Below, piece after piece: positions 13,811 through 27,207 of a DNA stretch of 64,000 nucleotides (its first letter is position 1; each line of letters starts with the position of its first letter). Origin of the DNA: Podarcis vaucheri (lineage: Eukaryota); assembly GCA_965113315.1 (NCBI GenBank), contig OZ220374.1. The stretch is one strand, 5' to 3'. The notes beneath the pieces are model-generated. The model was not told the origin of the DNA, searched no databases, and saw nothing but the letters and a program-made list of their open reading frames with translations. The position numbers were made by a program, and so were the translations under genes.

Positions 13811-14245
13811 TTTTTTTGTTAACTTTCCTCTTGCAAGTTTGTCACTGCATAAGGGATACTGAGGGACAGAGGAAAATTCTCCATCTTGCAAAACTAACCT
13901 CACAGATATTTTTGATGAAAGATGATCTCCCATTCCTGTGGCAGCCATTTTGGAAGAGCCAAAAGAACCAAGCAGTAATAAAGCAGGTGGTGCCATTTGT
14001 GTGCTTACCTTCAGAAAGTTAAGTAACAAATCCCACAAACCACTCTACAAACTCTTTGATCCGCTATCATGATCGGTGAAAAGAAATAATGCTAGGTGAA
14101 GTTGTCTTCTCTCAGAATTCCTCAGATGGTTGTTTCTTGTGGATGATTTTTGTTACAGGCAGACATTTCACAGGTTAAGTATGTGCAGAGTAAGCCCCAC
14201 GACAGAACACATAAGGAACGTCAAATCATGCCATTTCACACTTAC

Positions 14246-14373
14246 CTGCAGAATAACCCAGTGCCCATGCCTGGCAGCTTTCTTTAATACCTCCTCCGCA
14301 ACAATCTCTTGCCCTTGCCCCAAAGAGATATTATGAAATTTCCCAGAATCAATTGTGAAGTCAAGTTTTTTGC
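14246..14373 (-). CDS. DNAH11: DNAH11 exon T ([22 protein letters not shown]...GHWVILQ), AAA6
   Basis: ttgcag acceptor, CAG|gtaagt donor, 128 nt. Confidence 0.95.
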
Positions 14374-15685
14374 CTGCAAGTGGAGCAACGGAGGTGGGGA
14401 GGCGAGCAAAAGTGGAAAGGAGGAAGGGGATGGAGGGAAAGGGGTGGGGGGAAAGATAATGCCCCATTAATTTCACCAATCACTGGGACAATACACATTA
14501 GTTCGTCACTCAACACAATTTCAACAAGCAAAATTGCGAGCTCTCAACAGCAGCCTTATGGCTGGTATTAGGGGAAAAACCCTGCAGAAATCTGCTCCCT
14601 TGGTTTTAAGATAACGAACCTTTTGACATTTTGATAGATGCTAGGTATTGTTACAGAGCTTTATAAACTCTTACAGGGGGTGCAAGCCATTTCCCTTATA
14701 AAAAAAGGGAGCAACATGTGGTAGCTATCACATCAGTTTTTTAACTGATTGGTTCAGTGGGTAAATGTGCAAGCCTCTCACCTTGTGAGGCCCGAGTTTA
14801 AATTGAGCACAGTCAGGTCACAGCTGTATTAACCTGGTATTCTCAGCAGAGTCAGTGGGGAATAGTAATCCTAAGTACAAAGCGACAGTTTCTTACACAA
14901 TTGAATATAGTTTGTATAATGACCATTATTTAGTCACAGGGGGCACAAGATTACATGAGCATGGAGAAAATTGCCCTCTGGCCCTCATCTACTCAAAAGG
15001 TAAGAAACAGCACAAAAGAGCTTGCATTATGCCAAGCAGAGGAATGTTCAATCTAAAAATTTCTTCACGCTGCAGCGTTAATAGCCTCACACTTTTTATC
15101 CACCCTTCCAGAGTGAATGGAGGGCTAGGGCAAGAGAGGGGGAAATCTTTAAAACTTAACTCTTGTTGAGGAAAACAATTCCAAATTTAAATCTGCTTTA
15201 TTCCTTGATAATGACTATTTGTGGGCTTTTTTTGTGTTAGCTTAACATGCATTAATTAAAGACCGACTCCCGCTCTGTCTAACTCAAAGCACAAACCCCT
15301 GTTGTTACCAATCATAAACTATGCATTAAGAAAAGCTCTGCGGACTTTGCAAATCAGCAACATTAACAACTATTGGAGAGAGTTCCTGTTACCCACAGCC
15401 ATGTCAGAATTCCTACCAGAATGCCTCTGAATGTCGCATGTCAAAATGAGGGCCCTTTCCATCATCAAACATGCATTCTCTTTTCCAACACTCCCTAATA
15501 ACAGACTTTGCTAGGGCTCAGTGAGGTTTGTCCATGTAGCATTAAACCACGGTTCATAGCATTCCACATGAACATGACAAATTCTGTTTGCATTTTGTGT
15601 TTTGCAAGATGTGGAATGTTGCCAATTCACCTGCCCGTATTTTAAAAACCAGCCCAACAATACCTCCTCAACAAAGCACGCTTAC

Positions 15686-15834
15686 CAAGTGCCTCCACAT
15701 CTTTAAGAGGATCGACTCCAGGAGAAAGAATGAAAAATATCGGAGTGGCTGGACTGCTTTCTTCATAAGATTTTGCCAAGTCTATTCTTGTGCCATCCAC
15801 ATACTTTGAGCCGAGCTTTTCCTCTACAAAGTTT
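15686..15834 (-). CDS. DNAH11: DNAH11 exon S ([12 protein letters not shown]...[21 protein letters not shown]), AAA6
   Basis: ttgtag acceptor, G|gtaagc donor, 149 nt. Confidence 0.95.
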
Positions 15835-16820
15835 CTACAAAAATATATAATGTATATATAATGAACATATGTTAACATATAGAGAAAGCTTCCTTATCCT
15901 GGTGCCAGACAGATGTTTTGGACAACAATTCCCACCATTCTGGTCATTGGCCACCCTGGATGGGGCTGAAGAGATTTGTAGTTCCAAACATATGGAGTGC
16001 ACCAAGTTGGGGAAGCCTGATTCAGAACATAAGAGTCTAGCATACAGTCTGCACATGTCGATGGGAAAGAGGTGGTTGTGTCTCATCTGTTTTTCTAGGT
16101 CCCAAGTCTCACATTCTCTATTTTCCTAAATATCCTTTCAAATATATTCTATTCCACCAACATGTAGAAAACCCAAGAAGCTGAGCTAAGTTCTGTTGCA
16201 TGGCTTGAAGGGAAAACATCCCAACTGATGAACTGTTGTTTCTAAATTAACCAGGAGCCACAATCCTAAGGTCTAATTCACATATATGAGTGATGTTTCG
16301 TATTGGTATTTTAAATCCAGAGTGCACTGAAGACTCTCCATGTAACAGTCACTTCATATGTATCACTTGCCTTGTAGTGAAATACACATACTGAGTTGAA
16401 CATCACCGTAACGAGAAAGAGAGACTGCAATGGTGTGGTAGAATTGACAGTTCTGTGAGACAAGTGGCTAGATACTTATTTAATTAATTTTAAAATCCTG
16501 CTCTTCAGCCAAAAAGGCTCCCAGAACAGCTTACAAATCAATCAATAGCAACAACAAAATAAGACAGCCCCCACCCACAGGCTTACAAAAGGAAAAGTGT
16601 TTGGGAAGGAGGAGTATTCTATGAATGGATTAGCTCATGACACGCACATAGATTTAGAATGGCCACTGTACAGCCATCTGCTGATGTGTTTGATGCTATT
16701 TTTTAGTTATTTCTGTAAGTGCTATTTGACAGATCATGCAACTTGTACACATAAATAAATTGAATATATAAATAAATGTGATAAATATAAAAGGAGTTCA
16801 CAAAGTCAAACATGCAGTAC

Positions 16821-17014
16821 CTCAGAGCATATGTCATCCGATCTGGGCGTAATGCTCGTAGCATGATAAGCTTCTGAAAAGAAGTTTTGCTTTTCCATTC
16901 CTGAGGGAACTTTTCCTTTTCTGGGCATTCTGAATCTACCCATTTTTTCCATCTCTTGGCAGAACCTTCTATGTCTCTATCTAATCCTCGAAATTCATCC
17001 ATTAAGGCAATGGC
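16821..17014 (-). CDS. DNAH11: DNAH11 exon R ([22 protein letters not shown]...[14 protein letters not shown])
   Basis: tttcag acceptor, AG|gtactg donor, 194 nt. Confidence 0.95.
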
Positions 17015-17868
17015 CTGAAACAGAACAATGGCAAACCTGATTTATTGACACGTCAGCTGTTCGCACTAAGAGAGAAATAAGTGGCAATTATTGAGATGCT
17101 GTTTACCCCCTACCACCACACATATTACACTCTCTTGCAATATACCAAAGTGTGTAGGATTTCGCCAAACCTTAGCAATTTCACCATGGACCACTAAACC
17201 TTAGTGTGGGCACTGCCAGTGTGGCACATCTACGGGCACACAAACAGCCAGCAAAGTTTTCTTTGGTGGCCACAAGCAGTCCCAAGCTACTTTACTCCAA
17301 AACCTGCCCCATAAAGGTTTTTTCCTTCCCCACTCAGAGCAGCTCCTCCTCTCTCATATATGGTCTCCCTTGTTTGAACATGCCCTCCCTTCCCATCTGA
17401 GTAGACACCCTTACTTCACTTCTGAAAATTCATGGAGGACAAAACTATCAATGGCTTCTAGCCATGAGGGGCATGTTCTACATCCACGGCCAGAGACATC
17501 TGTCTCTGCATACCAGTCGCAGATGGGCAGACTGTTGTTGTGCTCATGTCCTGCTTGCAGGCTTCTCTCAAGCATCTGATTGGCCACTGGCTTGATCCAA
17601 CAGGCTGTTCTCATGCTCTTACACATGACAGCCTCTGAAGAAGAGATCTGGGAGTGAGTAAGCATGTGGGGGTGCTTCATATTATGAATAACCCTGAGAT
17701 CTACTGAGGAAGGGTGGCATACGAATATCAATCAATCAATTAATTAATTACACTGAGAAAGGTAGAGAAGCCCCTAAAGAAAAGTGGCAATGCAGACAGG
17801 TAGGTAGCCATGCAGTCCTCTGCTTCCAGGTCTTTCTCGGTACTGAGATGGAAGCAGAAAAGTGTGTG

Positions 17869-17870
<2 letters not shown>

Positions 17871-17902
<32 letters not shown>
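17871..17902. repeat. (GT)n microsatellite
   Basis: Direct reading. Confidence 0.95.
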
Positions 17903-17906
<4 letters not shown>

Positions 17907-18160
17907 GGGAGAGTGTAATTCCTTGCTCACATCCTGCATGCTGGAGTGGGTTGCAGATGGCAAGGCCCTCAAGCCTGCTTCTTTATGTGGGAGCAGGAGA
18001 GAAACAGAAGCCATTCCTATATAAAACAGAATATTTTGTGCAATGTAGAGAAGCACATTAAAAAGTGTAAAAGGTGCTCACAACTAAGCATAAAGCTGTC
18101 TGGGTATATGCAGGCATCTGCTTGGTTCCTTATAGGCAGCTGGTTGGTCGTGAAACTTAC

Positions 18161-18283
18161 CCTAATGGCACTCCATGACTGAGTAGTTAAAAAGTCCACA
18201 GGACTTTTGTAGGTGTGTTCAATTGTAAATCGTAGCAGGAAATTCAGTTCGGTGAGTTCTATTTCTTTACTTCTCAACAAAAT
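18161..18283 (-). CDS. DNAH11: DNAH11 exon Q ([10 protein letters not shown]...[15 protein letters not shown])
   Basis: cctag acceptor, AGG|gtaagt donor, 123 nt. Confidence 0.95.
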
Positions 18284-18344
18284 CTAGGAAGTGAACAAAA
18301 TTGGGAAATACCGTGAGAGTCATTACAAAGAAAGGTGTTACTCT

Positions 18345-18412
18345 ATAGAATCATAGAATCATAGAGTTGGAAGAGACCACAAGGGCCATCGAGTCCAACC
18401 CCCTGCCAATGC
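18345..18412 (-). mobile_element. CR1-type LINE 3' terminus
   Basis: (agaatcat)n followed by agagttggaagagaccacaagggccatc. Confidence 0.7.
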
Positions 18413-19243
18413 TCTGCACTGCCATAATTCTATTTTATACTGAGGTAGCACAAAGTATTGAGTATTTCTGCCTTCATAACCGCTCTGGTTAGACATATTT
18501 TTTGCACTTGGTCTGATGATGATTATGATGTTGATAATGATAATGATAATAATAGTAATTTTCCAGTCCACCCATCTGTACTCAGCTACTCTGGGCTGCT
18601 CCCAACAAAATTACAGGAAAAGAAGAAGGGAGTGTCAGGCCCATATATTCCCTTCACGACGCTCCAAAATGTGAAATCAGCACTACTAAAAAAGAAGAAG
18701 AAATTGGACACATACACATTTCTCAAATGAACAGTTCTTAGGCAATCATCCTTTCCAATATGGATGTGTGGAACTTTAGGCCTGGGGGCAAAAATGCAGC
18801 CTCTCAGGGCTCCTTATCTGGCCCTCATGGTTCTTCTTACCCAGGTCCCCACCTCCTTAGGCCACACTCCTGACTGGCCCTGGTTCACACCTTCCTTGAG
18901 CATGTTGGCCTGGCTGGAATGTGTCCTTGAACATGGGCCCTGCCAACCACTGGAGTGGATGTGGTCCCTGGGATTGAACAAAGCCTTTGAGCTCAAAAAT
19001 GGTCTCCCTGCTTCTAGAGCAGCAGCGAATATATATTTTTTCCCCTGCCCAAAAGCTGCGTTACATTATGGGCATCCTTCTTGGGGCTGCATGCCAGAGG
19101 CCGAGTGGGGGCCACAGTCCAAAGTGGGCAGGGCTATAGACATGACTTCAAGCTACCTTCTACCACACACGCAATATGAAGTTTTGACACACACAACCAG
19201 TTACATCTCTCAATACGCAATTCAGGAAGGAAAGAGATATTGT

Positions 19244-19724
19244 CAACTAATCCAGAATCCGGCAGCTAGACTGGTGACTGGGAGCGGCCGCCGAGACCAT
19301 ATAACACTGGTCTTGAAAGTCCTACACTGGCTCCCAGTACGTTTCCAAGCACAATTCAAAGTGTTGGTCTGACCTTTAAAGCCCTAAACGGCCTTGGTCC
19401 ATTATACCTGAAGGAGCGTCTCCACCTCCATCGTTCTGCCCAGACACTGAGGTCCAGCGCTGAGGGCCTTCTGGCGGTTCCCTCACTGCGAGAAGCCAAG
19501 ATACAGGGAACCAGGCAGAGGGCCTTCTTCGTAGTGGCACCCGCCCTGTGGAACACCCTCCCACCAGATGTCAAAGACGAAAATAACTACCAAACTTTTA
19601 GAAGACATCTGAAGGCAGCCCTGTTTAGGGAAGCTTTTAATGTTTAATAGGTTATTGTATTTTAGTGTTCTATTGGAAGCCGCCCAGAGTGGTTGGGGAA
19701 ACCCAGCCAGATGGGCAGGATATT

Positions 19725-19768
<44 letters not shown>

Positions 19769-19769
19769 C
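19244..19769 (+). mobile_element. L2-clade LINE 3' end with (AAC)n tail
   Basis: Frameshifted QLIQNxAARLVTG..RDHIT.VL..LHWLPV.F..QFKVL and RAF.V.AP.LWN.LP motifs, then the 3' UTR. Confidence 0.85.
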
Positions 19770-19931
19770 GGCACATTTCAGTGAGGCAAATGCGCTTCAG
19801 GCAAGTGCAGAGCAGGGTTTGTGTGAGAGTAGCCTGGGGAAGAGTCTAGTGAGGTGGCTGGGAAGGGCACACTACGGAATCTAGACAGGCATCCATTCAC
19901 TGGTCAGCTTGCTGCTTTTAATGCCAGGAGT

Positions 19932-20088
19932 CATAGGTGCCAATTCTCTGGGGTCCTTGGTGCCTAAGCACCTAAAAAATTCCATGAAGGGGCCAGGCAC
20001 CCACACATTTCAGTGCCAGGGCCATGACCGCTGTATAGCACCCACAGCCCCGGGCACCCATGGTCGCAGGGCCAAGTTGGCACTCCTG
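19932..20088. mobile_element. Short hAT-like MITE
   Basis: CATAGGTGCCAA...TTGGCACTCCTG; flanks ccaggagt/ccaaggagt. Confidence 0.55.
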
Positions 20089-20806
20089 CCAAGGAGTATA
20101 GATGGGGCCTAACATGGCCATCGCAGAGATCTGCTGGTGTTCCTCATCCCCTCTCAATCATAGCAGCTAATCATTTTACAGCTTGGAAAGTGAAAGTATG
20201 CAATCTGCTTTGGAATAGTATACAAAAAAATGTGCACACCTGAATAAGACAACCTACTTTCAGAAGAAAACAAAATGTAGGTTTTTAATATTTTGAAAAT
20301 CCTTTGGCAGAGCAGAATATAGGAAACTATGGAAACACTCAGACATGCTCAATACTTTATTTGGTAAATCGCCATCAAATTATTTGTTCCTTTAAATGCT
20401 GAAAAGGTTTGCTATCCCCCCCGCAGGGGCATGATGTTGGTGTAACAAATAATGACCCTAAATATCTGTTGCTGAACAAAAATTCTCTTCCCAAAGGAGA
20501 AATTCCTGGTAGACATTCTCTCCCATACAAATAATTTCTAAGCCTTAAATATTTGCCTCGTCTAGCTTTGACTTATAATTAAACTGAATGAAGTAACAAA
20601 ATTCTTTTCAACTACATTTAAAGCAGGGACTTTGAGGGATTGGAACTTTGAGGGATTGGAAGTTAAGTCTCTACACAACTGAGCATGCCCGATTGTGTCA
20701 TATCCCCTGAGTCTTTCATGCTAATTCTCCTCTGTTCTTATGTCGTACCAACATGTGTATCTCTAGTCTGAATTGATGCAAGCAATTAAGGTTGGCTTTT
20801 TCTCAC

Positions 20807-20977
20807 CTGAAATGTTGTCTGGCCCAGAAAAATTAGCTTGTCCCTTTCAAAAAGTCCCTGGCCTACGTAAAGGAAGGTGAAATACGTAATAGCTTCTGTT
20901 AGGTTGGAGATGCGTCCTTGGATATCATCCGAAGCTTCTGCTCGCTCAATTGCTTTACAAAAGACAGTGTTGAAAGC
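20807..20977 (-). CDS. DNAH11: DNAH11 exon P (AFNTVFCKAIE...GLFERDKLIFLGQTTFQ)
   Basis: ctttag acceptor, CAG|gtgaga donor, 171 nt. Confidence 0.95.
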
Positions 20978-21677
20978 CTAAAGGAACGCAGAATTAATTT
21001 CTCACATCAGAATTTCCTTTTCTTGAGGAACATTTTTGAAACCTGGGTTTGGCTTCTATAATTCAAAAGCACAGTAATTCAGAATGCTTTAAAAACAAGG
21101 TCAACAACGTAATATCATCTCTTAAAGAAAGAAGATGCTAATCGCTTCAAACTAGCTGATGTAATCTCTGGATTGGTCTGCTGTTGTTGAAATGAAGTGG
21201 TATTTACTCTTAAAACTAGTAAGGGTGGATCCACTGTAGCACAAGTCTACATCTGCTTGTGCAAGAGGGCTTCACCTTCCTTCCATATCACCTTGAATAC
21301 CTCAGATCTGCTCTGGAGGAGTGGAGGACCCTCTGGAGCAAATTTTTGGGACACACGAGTTTTGGGGGCAGAGAAACCAGGGGCCACATTCTACAAGCAG
21401 ATTTACACTGTGCAAGACAGAAGGTGCCATTGGATGCCACCATAAGAATGTAAACCTCAGGTCTACAGAGATTATTCATTACATTTCCTGTTGCTGTAGA
21501 CCGGGATGAGGAATAGGATCTGGCCCACTTCAACGTTCTTTCCTTTCCTCCTTGCCCAAGTGGGGATTTGCAGCCACTGTTGATCAGTTTAATCAAGAAA
21601 CTTGGGCCCTGCCTATCTGATCCAGATCTGTCATGTCTATCTGTCATGTAAAATGCCCTCAGGAAGCCTCAGGAGAC

Positions 21678-21679
<2 letters not shown>

Positions 21680-21713
<34 letters not shown>
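21680..21713. repeat. (CA)n microsatellite
   Basis: Direct reading. Confidence 0.95.
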
Positions 21714-21715
<2 letters not shown>

Positions 21716-22079
21716 GCTGATCGACATTGTGATAACCTCTTCTAAACTGCATCATGCTGATATATCTCCCTTTGAAGCTGGAGATCAACAAGTTTTTAAG
21801 AAGGTGGTATGGCAGAGCCATTTTTGCACAGTGTATATGCCTCTTTCTTTTTTCCTTCCCATAACTCTTATGATCAAACAGTTACTGCAAGCTTTTAATG
21901 TACTGCAAAAACTCAGAAAGTGTGCTTGGTCACATAAATTGGGGTACAAATATAAATGAATGTACCTAAACATGAGTATTAGTGGCTCCACTTCCACATT
22001 TCTGAAAAATAGTGCAAATCTCATGAGGTTTACTACACTATGTTTATTTTTTAGTATCAGAATAAGGGTGAGAACGAAC

Positions 22080-22220
22080 CTTCAATGAAAACTGATAGAT
22101 GGGATTGATTTTGCTCAGATCATGAATGGCGAAATAAAGAAGGGATGCTCTTGCAGCTGCTGGCCTGTAATGTTCTCTGGCTTCGTTAATGTTAACTTCA
22201 TTTTCTTTGGCTTCTGCTAC
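22080..22220 (-). CDS. DNAH11: DNAH11 exon O ([30 protein letters not shown]...YQFSLK)
   Basis: ctacag acceptor, AAG|gttcgt donor, 141 nt. Confidence 0.95.
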
Positions 22221-22821
22221 CTGTAGAACATGTTTGAAAGTAAATCAAGAAAACCACCATTGTTATATGAATAGGGCTGTGCTGTTAATCTAGCATCTAC
22301 TTCAACAGATTTTAATCTATCTTGAAACTGAGGACAGAGGAGGGATTAGCTACACCAAATATAAGATGGAAAGACACGGGCCTCCATCCTAGAAGAATCT
22401 TCAAACATCTGAAGAAATCATATCCAAAATAATGAACACGTGTGGTGAGCCACTTATGGTGAATTGGAGCTTCACGAGTTGTAACTCAATCCCTGAAATG
22501 GTTTCCATGGTGGCAGAAGGTAGTCTTCTTACGTTTTTATCCTTTCATTAGTGTTCATATGCTGTAGGCCCTATCAGTGGCTATTCCCATCACCCCCAGA
22601 CAGCATGGTCAATGGTTAGGAATGACGCGAGTTGTAGCCCAATAACAAGGGAAGGGCTAGAGTTTAGCCACCCATTTTTTAAAAGGAAAGGAAAGTGGGA
22701 AAAGGTAAGCAACTCTCATCCAAGCACCACAGTAAGCCCCTCTCCATTCCAAGTGGGACAAATTGCCTTCCATTATTTTGCATTTACTCAATGCTCCATC
22801 ATCAAAATGAGTGAACCTTGA

Positions 22822-23107
22822 NNNNNNNNNNNNNNNNNNNNNNNNNNNNNNNNNNNNNNNNNNNNNNNNNNNNNNNNNNNNNNNNNNNNNNNNNNNNNNN
22901 NNNNNNNNNNNNNNNNNNNNNNNNNNNNNNNNNNNNNNNNNNNNNNNNNNNNNNNNNNNNNNNNNNNNNNNNNNNNNNNNNNNNNNNNNNNNNNNNNNNN
23001 NNNNNNNNNNNNNNNNNNNNNNNNNNNNNNNNNNNNNNNNNNNNNNNNNNNNNNNNNNNNNNNNNNNNNNNNNNNNNNNNNNNNNNNNNNNNNNNNNNNN
23101 NNNNNNN
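22822..23107. other. Assembly gap (286 N) in the intron between exons N and O
   Basis: N run; the flanking exons join in frame, so no coding exon appears to be hidden. Confidence 0.98.
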
Positions 23108-23260
23108 CAAACTATTCTGAGCCAAAATGACTGGAAAGGAGTAAGCTTCGCCGCTTCTGTCTTCACTTGTGATTTTACAATGCTCTCTCCATGAGGCGTT
23201 GTATGGACATAACATGATGCTTTGAAATAGACAAGTATCAAACAGTAAAACTGCAAGTGC

Positions 23261-23425
23261 CTTAATCTCTATCTCTGCAGCAGTCGACTTTGTGGTCTCA
23301 AGTTTCTCCACGAGTTCAGTGTCTCCCAAGAAACTGCCCTCAGCAGCGGAAAGGCGAAACAGCAGATCGTCCTCCAATCGCTTCAGCTGAATCTTGAAAT
23401 CATTCTGTTGTTTTGTCAAAAGAGA
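23261..23425 (-). CDS. DNAH11: DNAH11 exon N ([22 protein letters not shown]...AEIEIK), strut; donor reads GC
   Basis: gccag acceptor; 3' end set by homology at AAG|gcactt, 165 nt; donor position less certain. Confidence 0.85.
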
Positions 23426-23853
23426 CTGGCAAACACAATGGAAAAAGTTTTAGTTGTAAATGTGGATAACTGATAGCAAGAAGAACTTTTAAGAACCTAT
23501 TCTTACAGTGCATTGTATGTGCCTGTGAGTGCTTCCCGCCATCTTTGGGTGTGAAACAGACTATCACAGTGTAAGTGTAATACCTATTTTATATATTTGT
23601 TCACCTGAATGCATACCGAGGCAGACTTGTGTGGAACAGGCAAGGTATCTTGTTATCCCCTGCTTATTAAAGTTTAATGGAATTTAAGCATGGTCGACAT
23701 ATTATTTTTTGCATGCAAGTTCCACTTAAAATTTTGGTATGATGGCTTATCCTGCTAACATTCATCAATAGCACTGACCTACACTCCTAACGGCATGTGG
23801 CAGCATCAGTTTATGATTTTTTTAAAAAGTCCTCATGAAGATGAATCAATATA

Positions 23854-24104
23854 CAGTCGTACCTTGGTTTTCAAATGCCTTAGGAGTCAGAACGTTTTGG
23901 CTTCCGAATGATTGAAAACCTGAGGTGATTGTTCAGGTTTTCAAACGTTCTTTGGAACCTGAATGTCTGACGTGATTTTTGCAGCTTCTGATTGTCTGCA
24001 GGAGCTTCATGCAGCCAATCGGAAGTCATGCCTTGGTTTCTGAACATTTTGGAAGTTGAACAGACTTCCGGAACAGATTCTGTTCGACTTCCAAGGTACC
24101 ACTG
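23854..24104. mobile_element. Tigger-like MITE, apparently nested in an older repeat
   Basis: TA|CAGTCGTACCTTGG...CCAAGGTACCACTG|TA. Confidence 0.85.
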
Positions 24105-24657
24105 TACCGTTTTGAATGAAATTTCTTCCAATGCACCAATTTTTGCAATGCAATCTTCCTTAATATAATGAATTCCTGTATGTGATTTTTCACTAAAATA
24201 TGCATTCTATGCAAAGTTTACCCCAGTACAGGCATTTTTGTACACATTACGTGGCTTGAGAATAGCATTGCAAAATTCGGAAAAGTGTGAATCTGGCAGG
24301 ATGGCTCTGTTTTGGATCACACATTGTTTCAAGAAGTGTGAATTAGACAGGCTTAACTTTAAATGAGAAATGAACTGAATTTCTACCAAATCCCTACAAA
24401 CAAGGTATAAGATTAGTTGGCCAGGTGATGGAAATGCATTCTCTGCCCTGAACATACACATTTAGTCTAATCTAAAGACAACTGGAAAGCGTTATTTTCC
24501 ACTTAGTGATGCCGTCACAAAGCTAACTCTGATTTACTGTGTGATGCCATAATACCATCATATTCACTAGTAAGCAGTACAAATGACAAGAGATACACAG
24601 ATTTTGTAGAGGGCACTGAAAGTGCTAGGGAACTGACTAATTCACACGTGGGTTTAC

Positions 24658-24862
24658 CTTCACAGTCTCCAAATCAGGTCTTTCAATACTAACAGCCTCA
24701 GCCAACAGCTGGTCCTCCAAACCATCCTTTGTAACTGTGAAATTAATTAGAGTGGTCTGAGCCTGCAGCTCTGGCTTGTAGTGAGGATTAGCCAGCTTAG
24801 TATGAAGGATGAGACGGAAATCCTTGTTGAATTCACATTCTCGATCTTCAATCTTAATATAC
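24658..24862 (-). CDS. DNAH11: DNAH11 exon M ([11 protein letters not shown]...[24 protein letters not shown]...ERPDLETVK), AAA5
   Basis: atcag acceptor, AAG|gtaaac donor, 205 nt. Confidence 0.95.
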
Positions 24863-26954
24863 CTGATATCAGTTAAAATGAAAACTGTTACAAAGCACAG
24901 CATTGATTAATGCAGCTTATCAGCATCTTACGATGAACACAGAAACTATTTCACATGGGACAGAGTTGTGTGACGGTGCATTCCACTTATATGCCTCTGA
25001 CTACTACACCTACTTGAGAAAGGGATTATCCATTTCCCATTATTGACACCAACACTAATACTTTTCACTTCTGATGTTAGTAAGAATGCACCTGACATGA
25101 GCAGCCTGTTGAGGATATTAAATAAGGATGCCAGATTAACCCAAAATTTATAGAATGAAGGCCAGGTCCATCAGTTACTCCTACTGGTATCAATGGTTTC
25201 ACTTGCTCATGTCCCACTTCTCTGTTTTCTGAATTAGTCTGAGAAAGGCTGAAAAGTATTATATTTGCTTATTTATATGAACACAGAAATTATGAAGCAG
25301 TTGCTTCCAGTTTTTCCATTCATCTTTACAATTTTCTAAGTTGTAATAAACATCTGTCTAATTTTTTGTTTGGGTTACAAACGATTTGTAAGGATGCAAT
25401 AAATATAGACTGAGCAATTCAGCAAGAGGGATACTTATGAACAGTTTTGGACATCTGTATTTCAAAACTAATTATATGAAATGCAGGATGTATTCTGTGT
25501 GTTCTTCCCCTCCTGAGGAACATGCTTGTAGCGAGGAATGTGCTGACATCCATGTTTGCCAGTAATGTACAGTACTTCTTACTGATTCCCCATATACCGT
25601 ATATCTTTCCCTATTTCAAACTTGACCCCTTAAAGTGAAGCTAGTTCAGTTTTCTAACACATGTGAATAATTTCACTTCTCTTTTTATCCCCCTTTATTG
25701 TCCCCCTTTCCCTGATGGATCATGTCCTGTTCTATAACCTACACGGGGAGTAAGAGAACTAAAAATACCAATGAACTAAAAATGTCAAATGAGCTAAAAA
25801 CAGGAGTATGGCCATTGGGGACACTGACAACATTGTCAAGGGCTGACAGAGCCAGGAGGAGGTTGAGCCCAGGGGTAGCAAAGAATGGGGAGAGGATGAA
25901 CCTGAGAAGGGGCCCAGTGGGCTATGGGGTCCACTGCTAAGGGGCAGAGCATCAGAGACTAGTGACAGGGAGGGGGAGAGGCAAGTATCCATTGATTCTC
26001 ACCAATTCCTTCACCTCATCTTTCCAGCTCCTTCCGAGGAGGAAGCGGTGCATGAGAGTGAGAGAATCTCTGCAGGGAAGGGGAGAGGCGTAGAGCACCA
26101 GGCAGAAGGTAGGGCAATTCTGAGATGCCACCCCCATACCCTCGATCAAGAGGAAGTAAGAAATGCAGGCAGCAGAGGGAACGACAGCCTTGCCTCTTCG
26201 TAACTGGCACTGACACTCACCTTTGGGATGCCTGGTGAGCAACGCTGCTCTACCTGCGGCACCCTGTTGATTGCTACTGCCCCTAGGAGAAAAAAATCGT
26301 GCCAACTTCCATTCTGAAGGATGTATGCCCCAATTATAGACAGCCCAAGACAACTATCCACATGCACGGACAGATCTCTTTTTGGTATGGTACAATTTTA
26401 TCAAAGCTAAATAAAAGAACAAGTTTCCACTGCCATTTCAATGTGTAGGAAAAGGTTGGGTGCACCGTATATGCTGAATATTTGACTAAGCTGACTGCAG
26501 GTCCATAATGCAGGGGGACAATGGAAGACTGAGCTCAGAAATTAGCAACAGAACCAAAAGGGCAATTTTGTAACTCACTGTTCTTGTTTGTTTATCAAGA
26601 ATCTTACCTGGGGAACAATACTTTCCTACCGCAACGCTAAAATGGCTTGTTGTAAAATGAGTTCTGGAGCCTTGCACTGAGATTCTACTTTATAGGTGCT
26701 CATTGCACAGAAGTAATAAATCATCCCCAATTTCTGTGGTTATTAGCTATGAAAGGCAAGCACTGCACAATGACTCAGTGAGTTTTATCACTGCAGCTAC
26801 GTTGGGTTTTTTGTTAATTGCAGGTGTGGGGGAAATAAATGTTTGTGCTATTGCTCTTATGGGTCAGCTACGACATTAACCAAAAGTAGGAGAAGAGACC
26901 ACAGAATCAGTATGTCAGATTCAGCAAGACATGTATGTCTAGGATAGTATAGGA

Positions 26955-27207
26955 CAGGGGTCAGCAAACTTTTTCAGCAGGGGGCCGGTCCACTGTCCCT
27001 CAGAACTTGGGGGGGGGGGGAGCTGACTATATTTTTTGGGGGGAAATGAACGAATTCCTATGCCCCACAAATAACCCTCAGATGCATTTTAAATAAAAGC
27101 ACATATTCTACTCATGTAAAAACACAGATTCCTGGACCATCCGCGGGCCGGATTTAGAAGGTGATTGGGCCGGATCCGGCCCCCGGGCCTTAGTTTGCCC
27201 ACCCATG
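26955..27207. mobile_element. hAT-type MITE
   Basis: CAGGGGTCAGCAAACT...AGTTTGCCCACCCATG; degenerate TSD gtatagga/ttatagta. Confidence 0.75.

Noticed and set aside
18764-19372. 202-aa plus-strand ORF
   Set aside because: Chance read-through of a degraded repeat into an L2 ORF2 fragment; no gene structure.
22657-23419. Long ORFs of 100-205 aa
   Set aside because: They are artefacts of reading through the N gap; only exon N is coding.
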